Positions 1 to 7,248 of a DNA stretch of 14,070 bases are shown here, piece by piece (position 1 is the stretch's first letter; the number at the start of each line of letters is the position of its first letter). The notes beneath the pieces were generated by a model that saw nothing but the letters and a program-made list of their open reading frames with translations, was not told the origin of the DNA and ran no database searches. Origin of the DNA: Fidelibacterota bacterium (GTDB lineage: Bacteria > Fidelibacterota > Marinisomatia > Marinisomatales > UBA2128); NCBI GenBank assembly GCA_046861645.1, contig JBHHUM010000057.1, positions 1-14,070 on the forward strand. Direction: 5' to 3'. A program made the translations under genes and the position numbers.

Positions 1-327
1 CAAACCGCTACTGACCCAAGTAGGAAGCAACTTGCTCTCTCCGACAGCCGATTTAACTGGTAGAAGATGTACAGATCAATGTCGGAATTGGGGTAAATAC
101 TAACTCACAGGTAATTACATATAAACCCTAATATCTTCTTAGAGTCATTTACAACCTTCTGCAGGACAAAATAATTCGTTCCTTAGCTACCAGTTTAATG
201 ATACACATTCCACTTTGGGGGTTCGGTCAGTTTTCACTGTGTGTTCCCAGTAACAGACAAGGTACTTCAAGGTAATCACCAGGACCTATAAGAACTTACT
301 CCTCCTGCAAGTGTAGAATCCCTTTAC

Positions 328-2754
328 CTACTTTTGAAGAAATTCTATATCCATAAGATATAGAACTTTCTCATCATGAATCAACTTAGCCCGATCCAGC
401 AGACGGGCTACAGGAAGGTCTTCTTCGAAAGCACTGAGTAATTTCTGTAAACCAACCCCTGACTGTACTTCAAATTCAAATTTCATTTTTTCCACTCCAG
501 GATCGATTTGCAATTCATACCGTTTATCTTTCAGTCCCGTTAATTCCTCAGCAATTTCCAGGGCTCTTTCCAAGCCTCCCAACTCATCCACCAGACCAAT
601 TTCCTTAGCATCCACACCGGTCCAGACACGACCCTGTGCAATAGCATCCACTTCACGAGGTGTCATTTTACGGCCCTCAGCCACGCGATTGAGGAACTTC
701 TCATAGAAACTGTCGATAATCCATTGGAAAGTGGCACCTTCCTCATCAGTTAGAGAGCGATGTAGACCCATTGCGTCCGCATGTTCCTTTTCTTTCACAA
801 TATCCACGTTATAACCAATTTTCTCAAAGAGGCCACCCAACGAAATCTTCCCTCCCAACACACCAATAGACCCTGTAATACAGGCTGAATCAGCCACAAT
901 GGTATCCGCCGCACACGAGATGTAATAGCCACCGGAACCAGCCACGTTTCCCATAGAGACGATGAAAGGTTTCTGATTCTCCTTATCGGCAGAATCAGGA
1001 TGGGTCGTACGGTGCACTTCACGCCAGATGTCTTCCGAAGCCAGCACTGATCCACCCGGACTGTTAACTCGCATAACAATAGCCTTTACGGATTTATCTT
1101 CCCGGGCTTTACGGATAGCTTTTGCGGTCGTTTCAGATCCAATAATTTTATCTCCTCCAAAAGGAGATGGCTGACTTTTCCCCGGCTGAATGGGACCTTC
1201 GGCGTAAATGAGGGCTATCTTGGGCCCCGCTGGCGACTCCCAGTCATACTCCCAGAGTTTAGGTTGCTTGCTGGCTTTCACCAGAACTGCCTTATCACCA
1301 GCAATGTCTTTCACCTTTGATTCGATTTGATCTGGATGGAAAATGCCATCAATTAAACCTATTTTCAGAGCCATGGGTGCCGTGAAAAGAACCTTATTAT
1401 AAACTTCATCAAGTTGTTCATCTGTCCATCCGCGCCCTCGCTTAATCAATCCTGAATAGAACTCCTGAAGGTCATGGAGAATTGCTTCATACGCTTCCCT
1501 GCTGGTTTCAGTCAGCTCTTTTCGGGTAAAGGGCTCCGCAGCAGTTTTGTAGTCCCCCCTGCGGTAAAACTGAGCATGTATTCCCAGCTTATCAAATAGA
1601 CCTTTATAGAAACCAATTCCGATACCTCCCCCTTTGATAGCTATGGAACCCCCGCTATTCATATAAATGGAGTCAGCTATACAAGCTAGCGCATACTGCT
1701 GGTCACTTCCATAATCCATAAAAGCCAGAACCTTCTTTCCAGAAGATTTTACTTTCCGTAAGGCGTCCACTAATTCCTGAAACATCCCTGTCCCAGAGTT
1801 GTAGTGATCAGCCCTCAGGATAATCCCATCGACATCGGGGTTCTCGGCCAGTTCATCGATCTCATTCAAGAGTTCCCGCATAGTTATTGTCTTAGAACCA
1901 AAGAAGACTCTCGGTGAGGGTGAATCTGACAGAGGTCTATCGAAGTCTAACTCTACGAAGGTAGGAATCTTCTTATCAAAGAGCATTCTGCGCTTTTCTT
2001 TAGAATAAAACCAACCGGTGAGCCCAGGACTGACATATTTATTATCCTGGTCCAAGTTGTGAAAGGTCTCCACACTCACCTGTCCAAAACCAAGGGAAAT
2101 ACCTACTTGCATCCCCTTTGTACTCTGGGCAAGATCGTAGCTAAGGAAAAGTTTTACTCCGTCGATATATTCAGCCTGGATTTGGGCTATCCCCTTATGA
2201 TCTGCAATATCACCTAATTTCCCATAAGGTGCGGAAAAGCGGTGGTCATAAGCCACTGTCAAGCGATCGCCGAAAGGACGTAAAGCGACGCCAATCTGGA
2301 ATTGTTGATCAAGACGACCTCCACGATCACGGGACCAGAGATTTTTCCATTGCATTCCTGCTGATACCCACGAGAATCCCCGGTACATCAAACCCAAGTC
2401 CACAGCTTCATAACCATCGCTAGAGAAGTGGGCAGTATTGCCTAAATAAAATCCACTTCCAAGGTGTTGGCCACTTCCAGTATGCAAAAGGTCCCTCCCA
2501 TTTTGCAAGTAGGTATAGCCAAACCCGGATATGCCCATCTGACCGTAGAAACCAAAGTCATAAACAAGGGTATCCAAATTGGTCCAGTAGGTAGGTTCTG
2601 TTAACCACATATTGAAATCACGCGATAACCCCAGACCGGCTGAGTTAATTAGGGTAGCATTGGCATCATCCACTGTTGCCACGGAAATATTGGGTACAAA
2701 TTGACCCAGACCGGTAACCGATAAAATCACAACAGATAAAATTAACTTCTTCAT
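328..2754 (-). CDS. sppA: Signal peptide peptidase SppA (protease IV, peptidase S49, two-domain type) with a ~240-aa N-terminal beta-barrel-like extension
   Basis: 808-aa ORF. S49 motifs: GDYKTAAEPF (catalytic Lys), RVNSPGGS, VAGSGGYY (catalytic Ser), ITGSIGV, IAQGRVWTG..A...GLVDELGG. The N-terminus is a Sec-like signal peptide (MKKLILSVVILSVTGLG) followed by amphipathic beta-strands. Its ATG overlaps the queG stop (ATGA). Confidence 0.93.
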   Translation of the reverse strand: MKKLILSVVILSVTGLGQFVPNISVATVDDANATLINSAGLGLSRDFNMWLTEPTYWTNLDTLVYDFGFYGQMGISGFGYTYLQNGRDLLHTGSGQHLGSGFYLGNTAHFSSDGYEAVDLGLMYRGFSWVSAGMQWKNLWSRDRGGRLDQQFQIGVALRPFGDRLTVAYDHRFSAPYGKLGDIADHKGIAQIQAEYIDGVKLFLSYDLAQSTKGMQVGISLGFGQVSVETFHNLDQDNKYVSPGLTGWFYSKEKRRMLFDKKIPTFVELDFDRPLSDSPSPRVFFGSKTITMRELLNEIDELAENPDVDGIILRADHYNSGTGMFQELVDALRKVKSSGKKVLAFMDYGSDQQYALACIADSIYMNSGGSIAIKGGGIGIGFYKGLFDKLGIHAQFYRRGDYKTAAEPFTRKELTETSREAYEAILHDLQEFYSGLIKRGRGWTDEQLDEVYNKVLFTAPMALKIGLIDGIFHPDQIESKVKDIAGDKAVLVKASKQPKLWEYDWESPAGPKIALIYAEGPIQPGKSQPSPFGGDKIIGSETTAKAIRKAREDKSVKAIVMRVNSPGGSVLASEDIWREVHRTTHPDSADKENQKPFIVSMGNVAGSGGYYISCAADTIVADSACITGSIGVLGGKISLGGLFEKIGYNVDIVKEKEHADAMGLHRSLTDEEGATFQWIIDSFYEKFLNRVAEGRKMTPREVDAIAQGRVWTGVDAKEIGLVDELGGLERALEIAEELTGLKDKRYELQIDPGVEKMKFEFEVQSGVGLQKLLSAFEEDLPVARLLDRAKLIHDEKVLYLMDIEFLQK

Positions 2755-3689
2755 AGCTGCTCCTGTTTTGATAGTATTAGAATCGATTGAATGTTTCGTG
2801 TTAACCCCGTAAAATTAGCCCTTCGAACGGCACTTTTCCTAAAGATACGATGGAAATCATCCTCTTTAAGATTGCTCCATTCAGAAGCGGTTTTTTGAAC
2901 GATTTCACTTTTGGGGGCAAAAGCTGGCTCCTGGCTTTTCTGAGAAAATTTAATATTCCATGGACAGACCTCCTGACAAACATCACAACCGTAAATCCAC
3001 TCATCAAGCTGCCCCATAAATTCTCCGGGTAAATCACCACGATGCTCAATAGTCAGATATGATATACAACGGCTGGAATCAAGTAGGTACTCCTCCACGA
3101 TGGCGCCTGTGGGACAGGCGTCAAGGCAAGCAGTGCAGGAGCCACAAAGATCATCCTCAAAAGGATCATCATATACCAACTCACAATCCAGTAGTAGCTC
3201 ACCAAGAAATAACCATGATCCAAAATCCCTGCTGATGAGATTGGTATGTTTCCCCTGCCAGCCAAGTCCAGCTCGTTGCGCCCACATCTTTTCCATCAAG
3301 GGAGAGGTATCCACACAGACCAATCCTTTTACTTCAGGAAGATATTCTTGCACCCCCAGTAACAGCTGGTACAATTTATCCTTCATCAAATCATGATAAT
3401 CATCACCCCAGGCATAGTTGGATATCTTCATGTTACCCTTGGCGTTTCCATGAAAATAGTTCATACCGACACTGATAACAGATTTTACCTCTGGAAAGTA
3501 CTGCAAGAGATCTCCCCGCTCCTCCTTTCGTTTTGCCATCCATTCCATAGTCCCATGATATCTCCGGGTCAACCACGTTTCCAGATGAGCCTTTTCAACG
3601 GGAGTATGAATAGCTTTAGTAATACCTACTTTCTGGAAACCAAGCTTATGGGCTTTATCTATTATCCGATCTGTAAGTCTCCTGAGCAT
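2751..3689 (-). CDS. queG: Epoxyqueuosine reductase QueG (cobalamin- and 2x[4Fe-4S]-dependent tRNA modification enzyme)
   Basis: Motifs YHGTMEWM, ISNYAWGDDYH, VDTSPLMEK..AQRAGLGWQGKHTNLI, GSWLFLGELL, CGSCTACLDACPTGA, RCISYLTIE, IYGCDVCQEVCPWN. Start is ATG at 3689; an in-frame TTG lies at 3692. Confidence 0.96.
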   Translation of the reverse strand: MLRRLTDRIIDKAHKLGFQKVGITKAIHTPVEKAHLETWLTRRYHGTMEWMAKRKEERGDLLQYFPEVKSVISVGMNYFHGNAKGNMKISNYAWGDDYHDLMKDKLYQLLLGVQEYLPEVKGLVCVDTSPLMEKMWAQRAGLGWQGKHTNLISRDFGSWLFLGELLLDCELVYDDPFEDDLCGSCTACLDACPTGAIVEEYLLDSSRCISYLTIEHRGDLPGEFMGQLDEWIYGCDVCQEVCPWNIKFSQKSQEPAFAPKSEIVQKTASEWSNLKEDDFHRIFRKSAVRRANFTGLTRNIQSILILSKQEQL

Positions 3690-3732
3690 CAAAACAATTT
3701 ACAAACATCTTTTCCAGTAAGGATGGGTTCTG

Positions 3733-3746
3733 TACTCACGTGAGTA
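3733..3746. promoter_or_regulatory. Perfect 14-bp palindrome TACTCACGTGAGTA, candidate operator upstream of queG
   Basis: Self-complementary 14-mer 43 bp upstream of the queG ATG, directly following a TAAAAT(T) element on the minus strand. The function is inferred. Confidence 0.35.
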
Positions 3747-3842
3747 ATTTTACTTGCCCTAAACACTATTCATGAGCAATGTTATCAGGAGCATAAACAG
3801 TGATCTAACTCTTGTTGAAATACTTTCATTTAAACTATAAGA

Positions 3843-3859
3843 TTAGATTTGAAATCTAA
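3843..3859. promoter_or_regulatory. 8-1-8 inverted repeat TTAGATTT-G-AAATCTAA, candidate transcription-factor site
   Basis: Perfect 8-bp arms around one central base in the AT-rich nudix-queG spacer. The loop is too short for an RNA hairpin, so a DNA site is more likely. Confidence 0.35.
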
Positions 3860-3895
3860 ATTGGAGAGTATACTCAGTAACTAAACATCTAATAT

Positions 3896-3932
3896 AATGG
3901 AAAGTCGTCATTTCCCATTTTTTCTATTTTTT
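3896..3932. terminator. Weak hairpin (AATGGAAA/TTT-C-CCATT) with T-runs, just downstream of the Nudix stop
   Basis: Imperfect AT-rich stem at 3896-3919. The T6 runs (3918-3923, 3927-3932) are on the + strand, so the polarity is opposite to the Nudix gene. Confidence 0.25.
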
Positions 3933-3945
3933 AAAGTTCAGATAA

Positions 3946-4503
3946 TTACTCGGGTGGTAGCCACTTACCGCTTAACAGTTTTTCGGCCCAAAAGATTCCA
4001 ATAATAGTTTTAACATCCTTGATCTCGCCAGAACGTACAAGTTGCAGGCATTCTGACAATTCCATCGGTTCTACTTCAATGAATTCATCTTCATCAGTGT
4101 CCGGAGTTTCTTCCTCAAGGTTTTCAGCCAGAAACATCCACATACGTTCGTCGCTATAACCAACACAGGGGTGAATTTCGGCCAGTGAGGTAATCTTGCC
4201 CGCTCTAAAACCCGTCTCTTCCACCAACTCCCTTTGCAACGTTTCTTCCGGAGTCTCACCCGGATCAATTTTGCCAGCCGGAAGCTCGATCTCCACCCTA
4301 CCAATGGGATAACGAAACTGGCGAATCAAAAGAATCTTACCATCAGGGAGAACAGGGATCACTACTACGGCTCCAGGATGGATTGTATATTCACGCGTAG
4401 AATAGGAACCATCGGGAAGCTCAACCTCGTCCACTCTGATATCGAGTAACCGTCCTCGATAAACCTGTCGAGTGGACACTCTTTTTTCTTTAAGTTCTAC
4501 CAT
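3946..4503 (-). CDS. nudF: Nudix hydrolase, ADP-ribose pyrophosphatase-like
   Basis: Nudix box GKIDPGETPEETLQRELVEETG. N-terminal VYRGRLLDIRVDEVELPDG..STREY..HPGAV, RQFRYP, ELPAG and C-terminal GEIKDVKTIIG are typical of the ADPRase subfamily. Confidence 0.88.
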   Translation of the reverse strand: MVELKEKRVSTRQVYRGRLLDIRVDEVELPDGSYSTREYTIHPGAVVVIPVLPDGKILLIRQFRYPIGRVEIELPAGKIDPGETPEETLQRELVEETGFRAGKITSLAEIHPCVGYSDERMWMFLAENLEEETPDTDEDEFIEVEPMELSECLQLVRSGEIKDVKTIIGIFWAEKLLSGKWLPPE

Positions 4504-4542
4504 TAAACGGGTATAATGAAGTCGAGACGTCGGCCCCTGAAA

Positions 4543-5295
4543 TCACTTCCCTAAAAGTTCTCGAGCCTCTCTTTGCAGTATCCGGTCACTATCCGATTTA
4601 GGTACTATGGCCAGGCATTTTTCCAAGACCACTTTTGCACTTTTCCGATCGTCCAGTTTGATAAGTGTTTTACCCAGCCACAGTTGATTACGAATATCTT
4701 CAGGTTCAAGCTCTACAGCTTTTTCAAAATAATACCGGGCCTTCTCAAAATCACCCTCAGGAGGCTTGGCAAAGAAGGTTTCAGCAAATTTACGCATTAC
4801 CCAACTAAGATCATCAAGATCATAATTCCAGCGACCCATGACATGATAGTTCCCGGCATCGTTGGGGTTAAGTTCAATTGAACGTAGTACATGATCACTT
4901 ACTTCGTAAGCATTTTTTATCTTCTGTTTTATCCCTTCAATTTCCCCCTTACGGCCAATCATAATACCGTACCATTTATGAGCACCCCAGTTATCTGGAT
5001 CAATTGACAGGGCTCTTTTAGCATACTCGAAACCATCCAGTACATGTTTCTTAATCAGGTTCTTATCCTCGGTGTTATCCGAGAAATCGAAATGGGCTTG
5101 AGCAATTCGCCAGAGAACCTCGGGATCGTTGGGATAAGACTTTTCCAGTTTCTTCAGCAGATCATAGTTGTCACGGAACTGATCAGCTTCCTGGAATTGA
5201 TCAGCTTGGGCTAACTGATTTGAGGGGGCTTGACTGAGAAGTTGGATTAATGGAAAAATTACAAAAGCGAATGAGATTAAAGTTCGAGTTCTCAT
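4543..5295 (-). CDS. Secreted/periplasmic TPR protein, RMDN (FAM82/regulator of microtubule dynamics)-like
   Basis: 250 aa with a Sec signal peptide. TPR helices carry motifs EVLWR.A, EYAKRAL, AHKWY, EGIKQKIKNAY, IELNPND, H.MG.W.Y, W..R..A..FFA.PP, LGKT..KL. SD-like AGGTGA overlaps the upstream stop, with a 7-bp gap between genes. Confidence 0.85.
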   Translation of the reverse strand: MRTRTLISFAFVIFPLIQLLSQAPSNQLAQADQFQEADQFRDNYDLLKKLEKSYPNDPEVLWRIAQAHFDFSDNTEDKNLIKKHVLDGFEYAKRALSIDPDNWGAHKWYGIMIGRKGEIEGIKQKIKNAYEVSDHVLRSIELNPNDAGNYHVMGRWNYDLDDLSWVMRKFAETFFAKPPEGDFEKARYYFEKAVELEPEDIRNQLWLGKTLIKLDDRKSAKVVLEKCLAIVPKSDSDRILQREARELLGK

Positions 5296-5302
5296 TTATC
5301 AC

Positions 5303-6067
5303 CTAAAAGTATTCAATATAAGTGATTTTCAACTCTCGGTTAAAATAATCAACCTTATCCTCGTCAAATAATAGATTATTAAAATCAACTTCAATGTGTA
5401 GATGGTCTACAAAAGTCCACCTGATGGCAGCATTGAGATAACCCCCGCGGCTGACGGAAATATCCCGAGCGCCATAGTCATTTTCGTTGAGGGCAGCATT
5501 GTATTCCAACAGCAAAGCCAGTTCTGGATTGACTTCAATATCAATTCCTGTAAATAAACTGATATCCTCATCGTTATCATCTCTTTCGGTGAAATTGTAA
5601 TTAGTACCCACATGAAAGCCTATATTTCCCATGGGTGTTTGCCAGTTTTTGCTCCCTACAAAATAGAATCCATAGGCCTTTACATCATAACGGTTCAGGC
5701 TATCACCGGCATTGTAAGTACCAAAACCCTGAGTGTCTAACCCCAAAGCAACGCCAGGTATATTCACCGTTTCATCCAAAATACGGTACTTGAGACTTAC
5801 TTCTGGTCGAGGTTGCCACTGCAGCGTACTATCACCAATAAGTTGACTGGCACCAAAGGAGACTCCAAACTGAAAACGATCGGTGACTCCGGCAGCCATG
5901 CCGAAAGTGAGGCCACCCTCCTTCTGTAGCCTCAATTCAGCAGAGAAACTACCACGAATTAGTCCACCCGCTGTAGGTATTGTAATCAAGTTCGAGGGCG
6001 GTGGGTAGCTGTCCTGGGAAGTTAGTACGGAAACCAGTAAGATTGAGAGAATCAGTTTAGTTTTCAT
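5303..6067 (-). CDS. Outer-membrane beta-barrel protein (YjbH-domain-like), 254 aa
   Basis: Start revised to ATG 6067 because of a GGAG SD 5 nt upstream and the signal peptide MKTKLILSILLVSVLTS. N-terminal LITIPTA, alternating beta-strands, KYRILDE...PGVALG, and a C-terminal beta-signal ending ...KITYIEYF. Confidence 0.78.
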   Translation of the reverse strand: MKTKLILSILLVSVLTSQDSYPPPSNLITIPTAGGLIRGSFSAELRLQKEGGLTFGMAAGVTDRFQFGVSFGASQLIGDSTLQWQPRPEVSLKYRILDETVNIPGVALGLDTQGFGTYNAGDSLNRYDVKAYGFYFVGSKNWQTPMGNIGFHVGTNYNFTERDDNDEDISLFTGIDIEVNPELALLLEYNAALNENDYGARDISVSRGGYLNAAIRWTFVDHLHIEVDFNNLLFDEDKVDYFNRELKITYIEYF

Positions 6068-6120
6068 GGTAGCTCCAATATACTTTTGGGTATGAGCAAA
6101 TACAAGCGTATTGTGACACA

Positions 6121-7116
6121 TTAGTAGATTACAGGATAGATAATTTTGCCATCACGTCGCTCTATTTCCTGTACTTGAGAGATGGGCATGGTCAAAAGCT
6201 CATGCTCACCAAAAAACATGAAGCGGACAAAATCCTTGTTTACTTCCACAAGGGTCACCTGCAGGGTATCCCTATTGGATAAATAAATTAGATCCGGGGA
6301 GGAAAGTACCCCCTCCTCAAGAAGGACTCCCTCATCGCTGGGAATCCACCCTTCCTTCAAACGCATCTGAATATCAGCCACAATTTCAGCGCTCTCTTCC
6401 AGAACGTTTCCAGACTTTATTGTCACACCAGTCAACAACTCATCCAACTCTGGTACAGATCGGGTGGGTAGCACAAGTCCAACACGACTCACTTCAGTAC
6501 CAGTTGAATCATACTCCGTCAGGACATAGGCCCTGGAGACAGGATCATAATCGTAATCGAACAATCTCACTGTCAGTTCTCCGGGTAACAATAGCCAACG
6601 CTCCTCAGCAAGAGGCCCAGCCTTAAAATACGAAAGCCGTATCGCTCCAAAGGGATGCTTATCAATACTGGTAAAGAGATACTCTGTTACTTCTCCCTTT
6701 TCATCATAAGAATATATTGTGACACGATCTTGAAACTCAGTCATAGCTCTATGAGGAAAGGCGTAATTGATAAAGGTTTCTGACATCTCTTCAGCACCGT
6801 ACACATACATTCTGATAGTCTTGCCCATTCCATCACGCTCGGATTTCCTATCCAATGACCCATCATCAGCGTACTCGAAAACCGTCTCCGAAAGGATTTC
6901 CCCGTCAGCTGCAATCGTGGACTTGGAAATCAGCTGGCCCAAATTGTTGTAAAGCGCTTGTAAATAGGAATTACCGTTGATCTCTGTCGCCTTCATGGAA
7001 ATTCCGCGAAGGAAATCTTCTTCACTACGAAAATATTTGATGGTGGAGATACCTTGGGCAGCAAGACCAACTATCAAGTACAGCACAATTACTATTCTGA
7101 ATTTTAGCAAATGCAT
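6121..7116 (-). CDS. Secreted hypothetical protein with YD/MORN-like beta-hairpin repeats and a small C-terminal beta domain, 331 aa
   Basis: Start revised to ATG 7116 (signal peptide MHLLKFRIVIVLYLIVGLAAQ, promoter immediately upstream). Repeated hairpins YNNLGQL, FEYADDGSL, YSYDEKGEV, EYDSTGTE. The C-terminal domain begins DLIYLSNRDTLQVTLVEV. Confidence 0.72.
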   Translation of the reverse strand: MHLLKFRIVIVLYLIVGLAAQGISTIKYFRSEEDFLRGISMKATEINGNSYLQALYNNLGQLISKSTIAADGEILSETVFEYADDGSLDRKSERDGMGKTIRMYVYGAEEMSETFINYAFPHRAMTEFQDRVTIYSYDEKGEVTEYLFTSIDKHPFGAIRLSYFKAGPLAEERWLLLPGELTVRLFDYDYDPVSRAYVLTEYDSTGTEVSRVGLVLPTRSVPELDELLTGVTIKSGNVLEESAEIVADIQMRLKEGWIPSDEGVLLEEGVLSSPDLIYLSNRDTLQVTLVEVNKDFVRFMFFGEHELLTMPISQVQEIERRDGKIIYPVIY

Positions 7117-7123
7117 AATTGTA

Positions 7124-7151
7124 AAGTTACAACTGCGATGGAAAGGGTCAA
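7124..7151 (-). promoter_or_regulatory. Sigma70-like promoter for the leftward operon (TTGACC-N16-TAACTT), probably giving a leaderless mRNA
   Basis: -35 at 7151-7146 and -10 at 7129-7124. Only 7 nt separate the -10 from ATG 7116, and there is no SD. Confidence 0.55.
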
Positions 7152-7168
7152 AACCGTTCCAACTTTGG

Positions 7169-7197
7169 TTGACTAATGATCTGGCTGGTCGTAACTT
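7169..7197 (+). promoter_or_regulatory. Sigma70-like promoter for the rightward operon (TTGACT-N17-TAACTT)
   Basis: -35 at 7169-7174, 17-bp spacer, -10 at 7192-7197. It has the same GTAACTTT -10 context as the divergent promoter. Confidence 0.6.
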
Positions 7198-7248
7198 TGT
7201 CATCCGGTTATCAGGTACGCACCGAGGAACAACCAACTCTGTCATTGT

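Noticed and set aside
1..327. Possible gene tail (+ frame 1 open to 63, frame 2 open to 103) or structured RNA; 9-bp complementarities 55-63/187-195 and 62-70/131-139
   Set aside because: Too short to assign, stops occur in all frames, the pairings are at chance level, and no clear terminator or known RNA motif is present.
3689..3840. Small ORFs in the spacer: a 22-aa + strand ORF at 3772-3840 and a ~25-codon GTG ORF on - whose TGA overlaps the queG ATG
   Set aside because: No SD and no distinctive composition; ORFs of this size are expected by chance.
3693..3945. preQ1 or cobalamin riboswitch upstream of queG
   Set aside because: I found neither a preQ1-I stem with its A-rich tail nor a B12 box on the minus strand.
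5175..5207. 18-bp-period imperfect duplication encoding QADQF/EADQF in the TPR gene
   Set aside because: Only two in-frame copies, so a minor local duplication with no evident function.
6121..7116. RHS/YD polymorphic toxin
   Set aside because: Only a few YD-like hairpins, with no RHS core (PxxxxDPxG), toxin tip or adjacent immunity gene.
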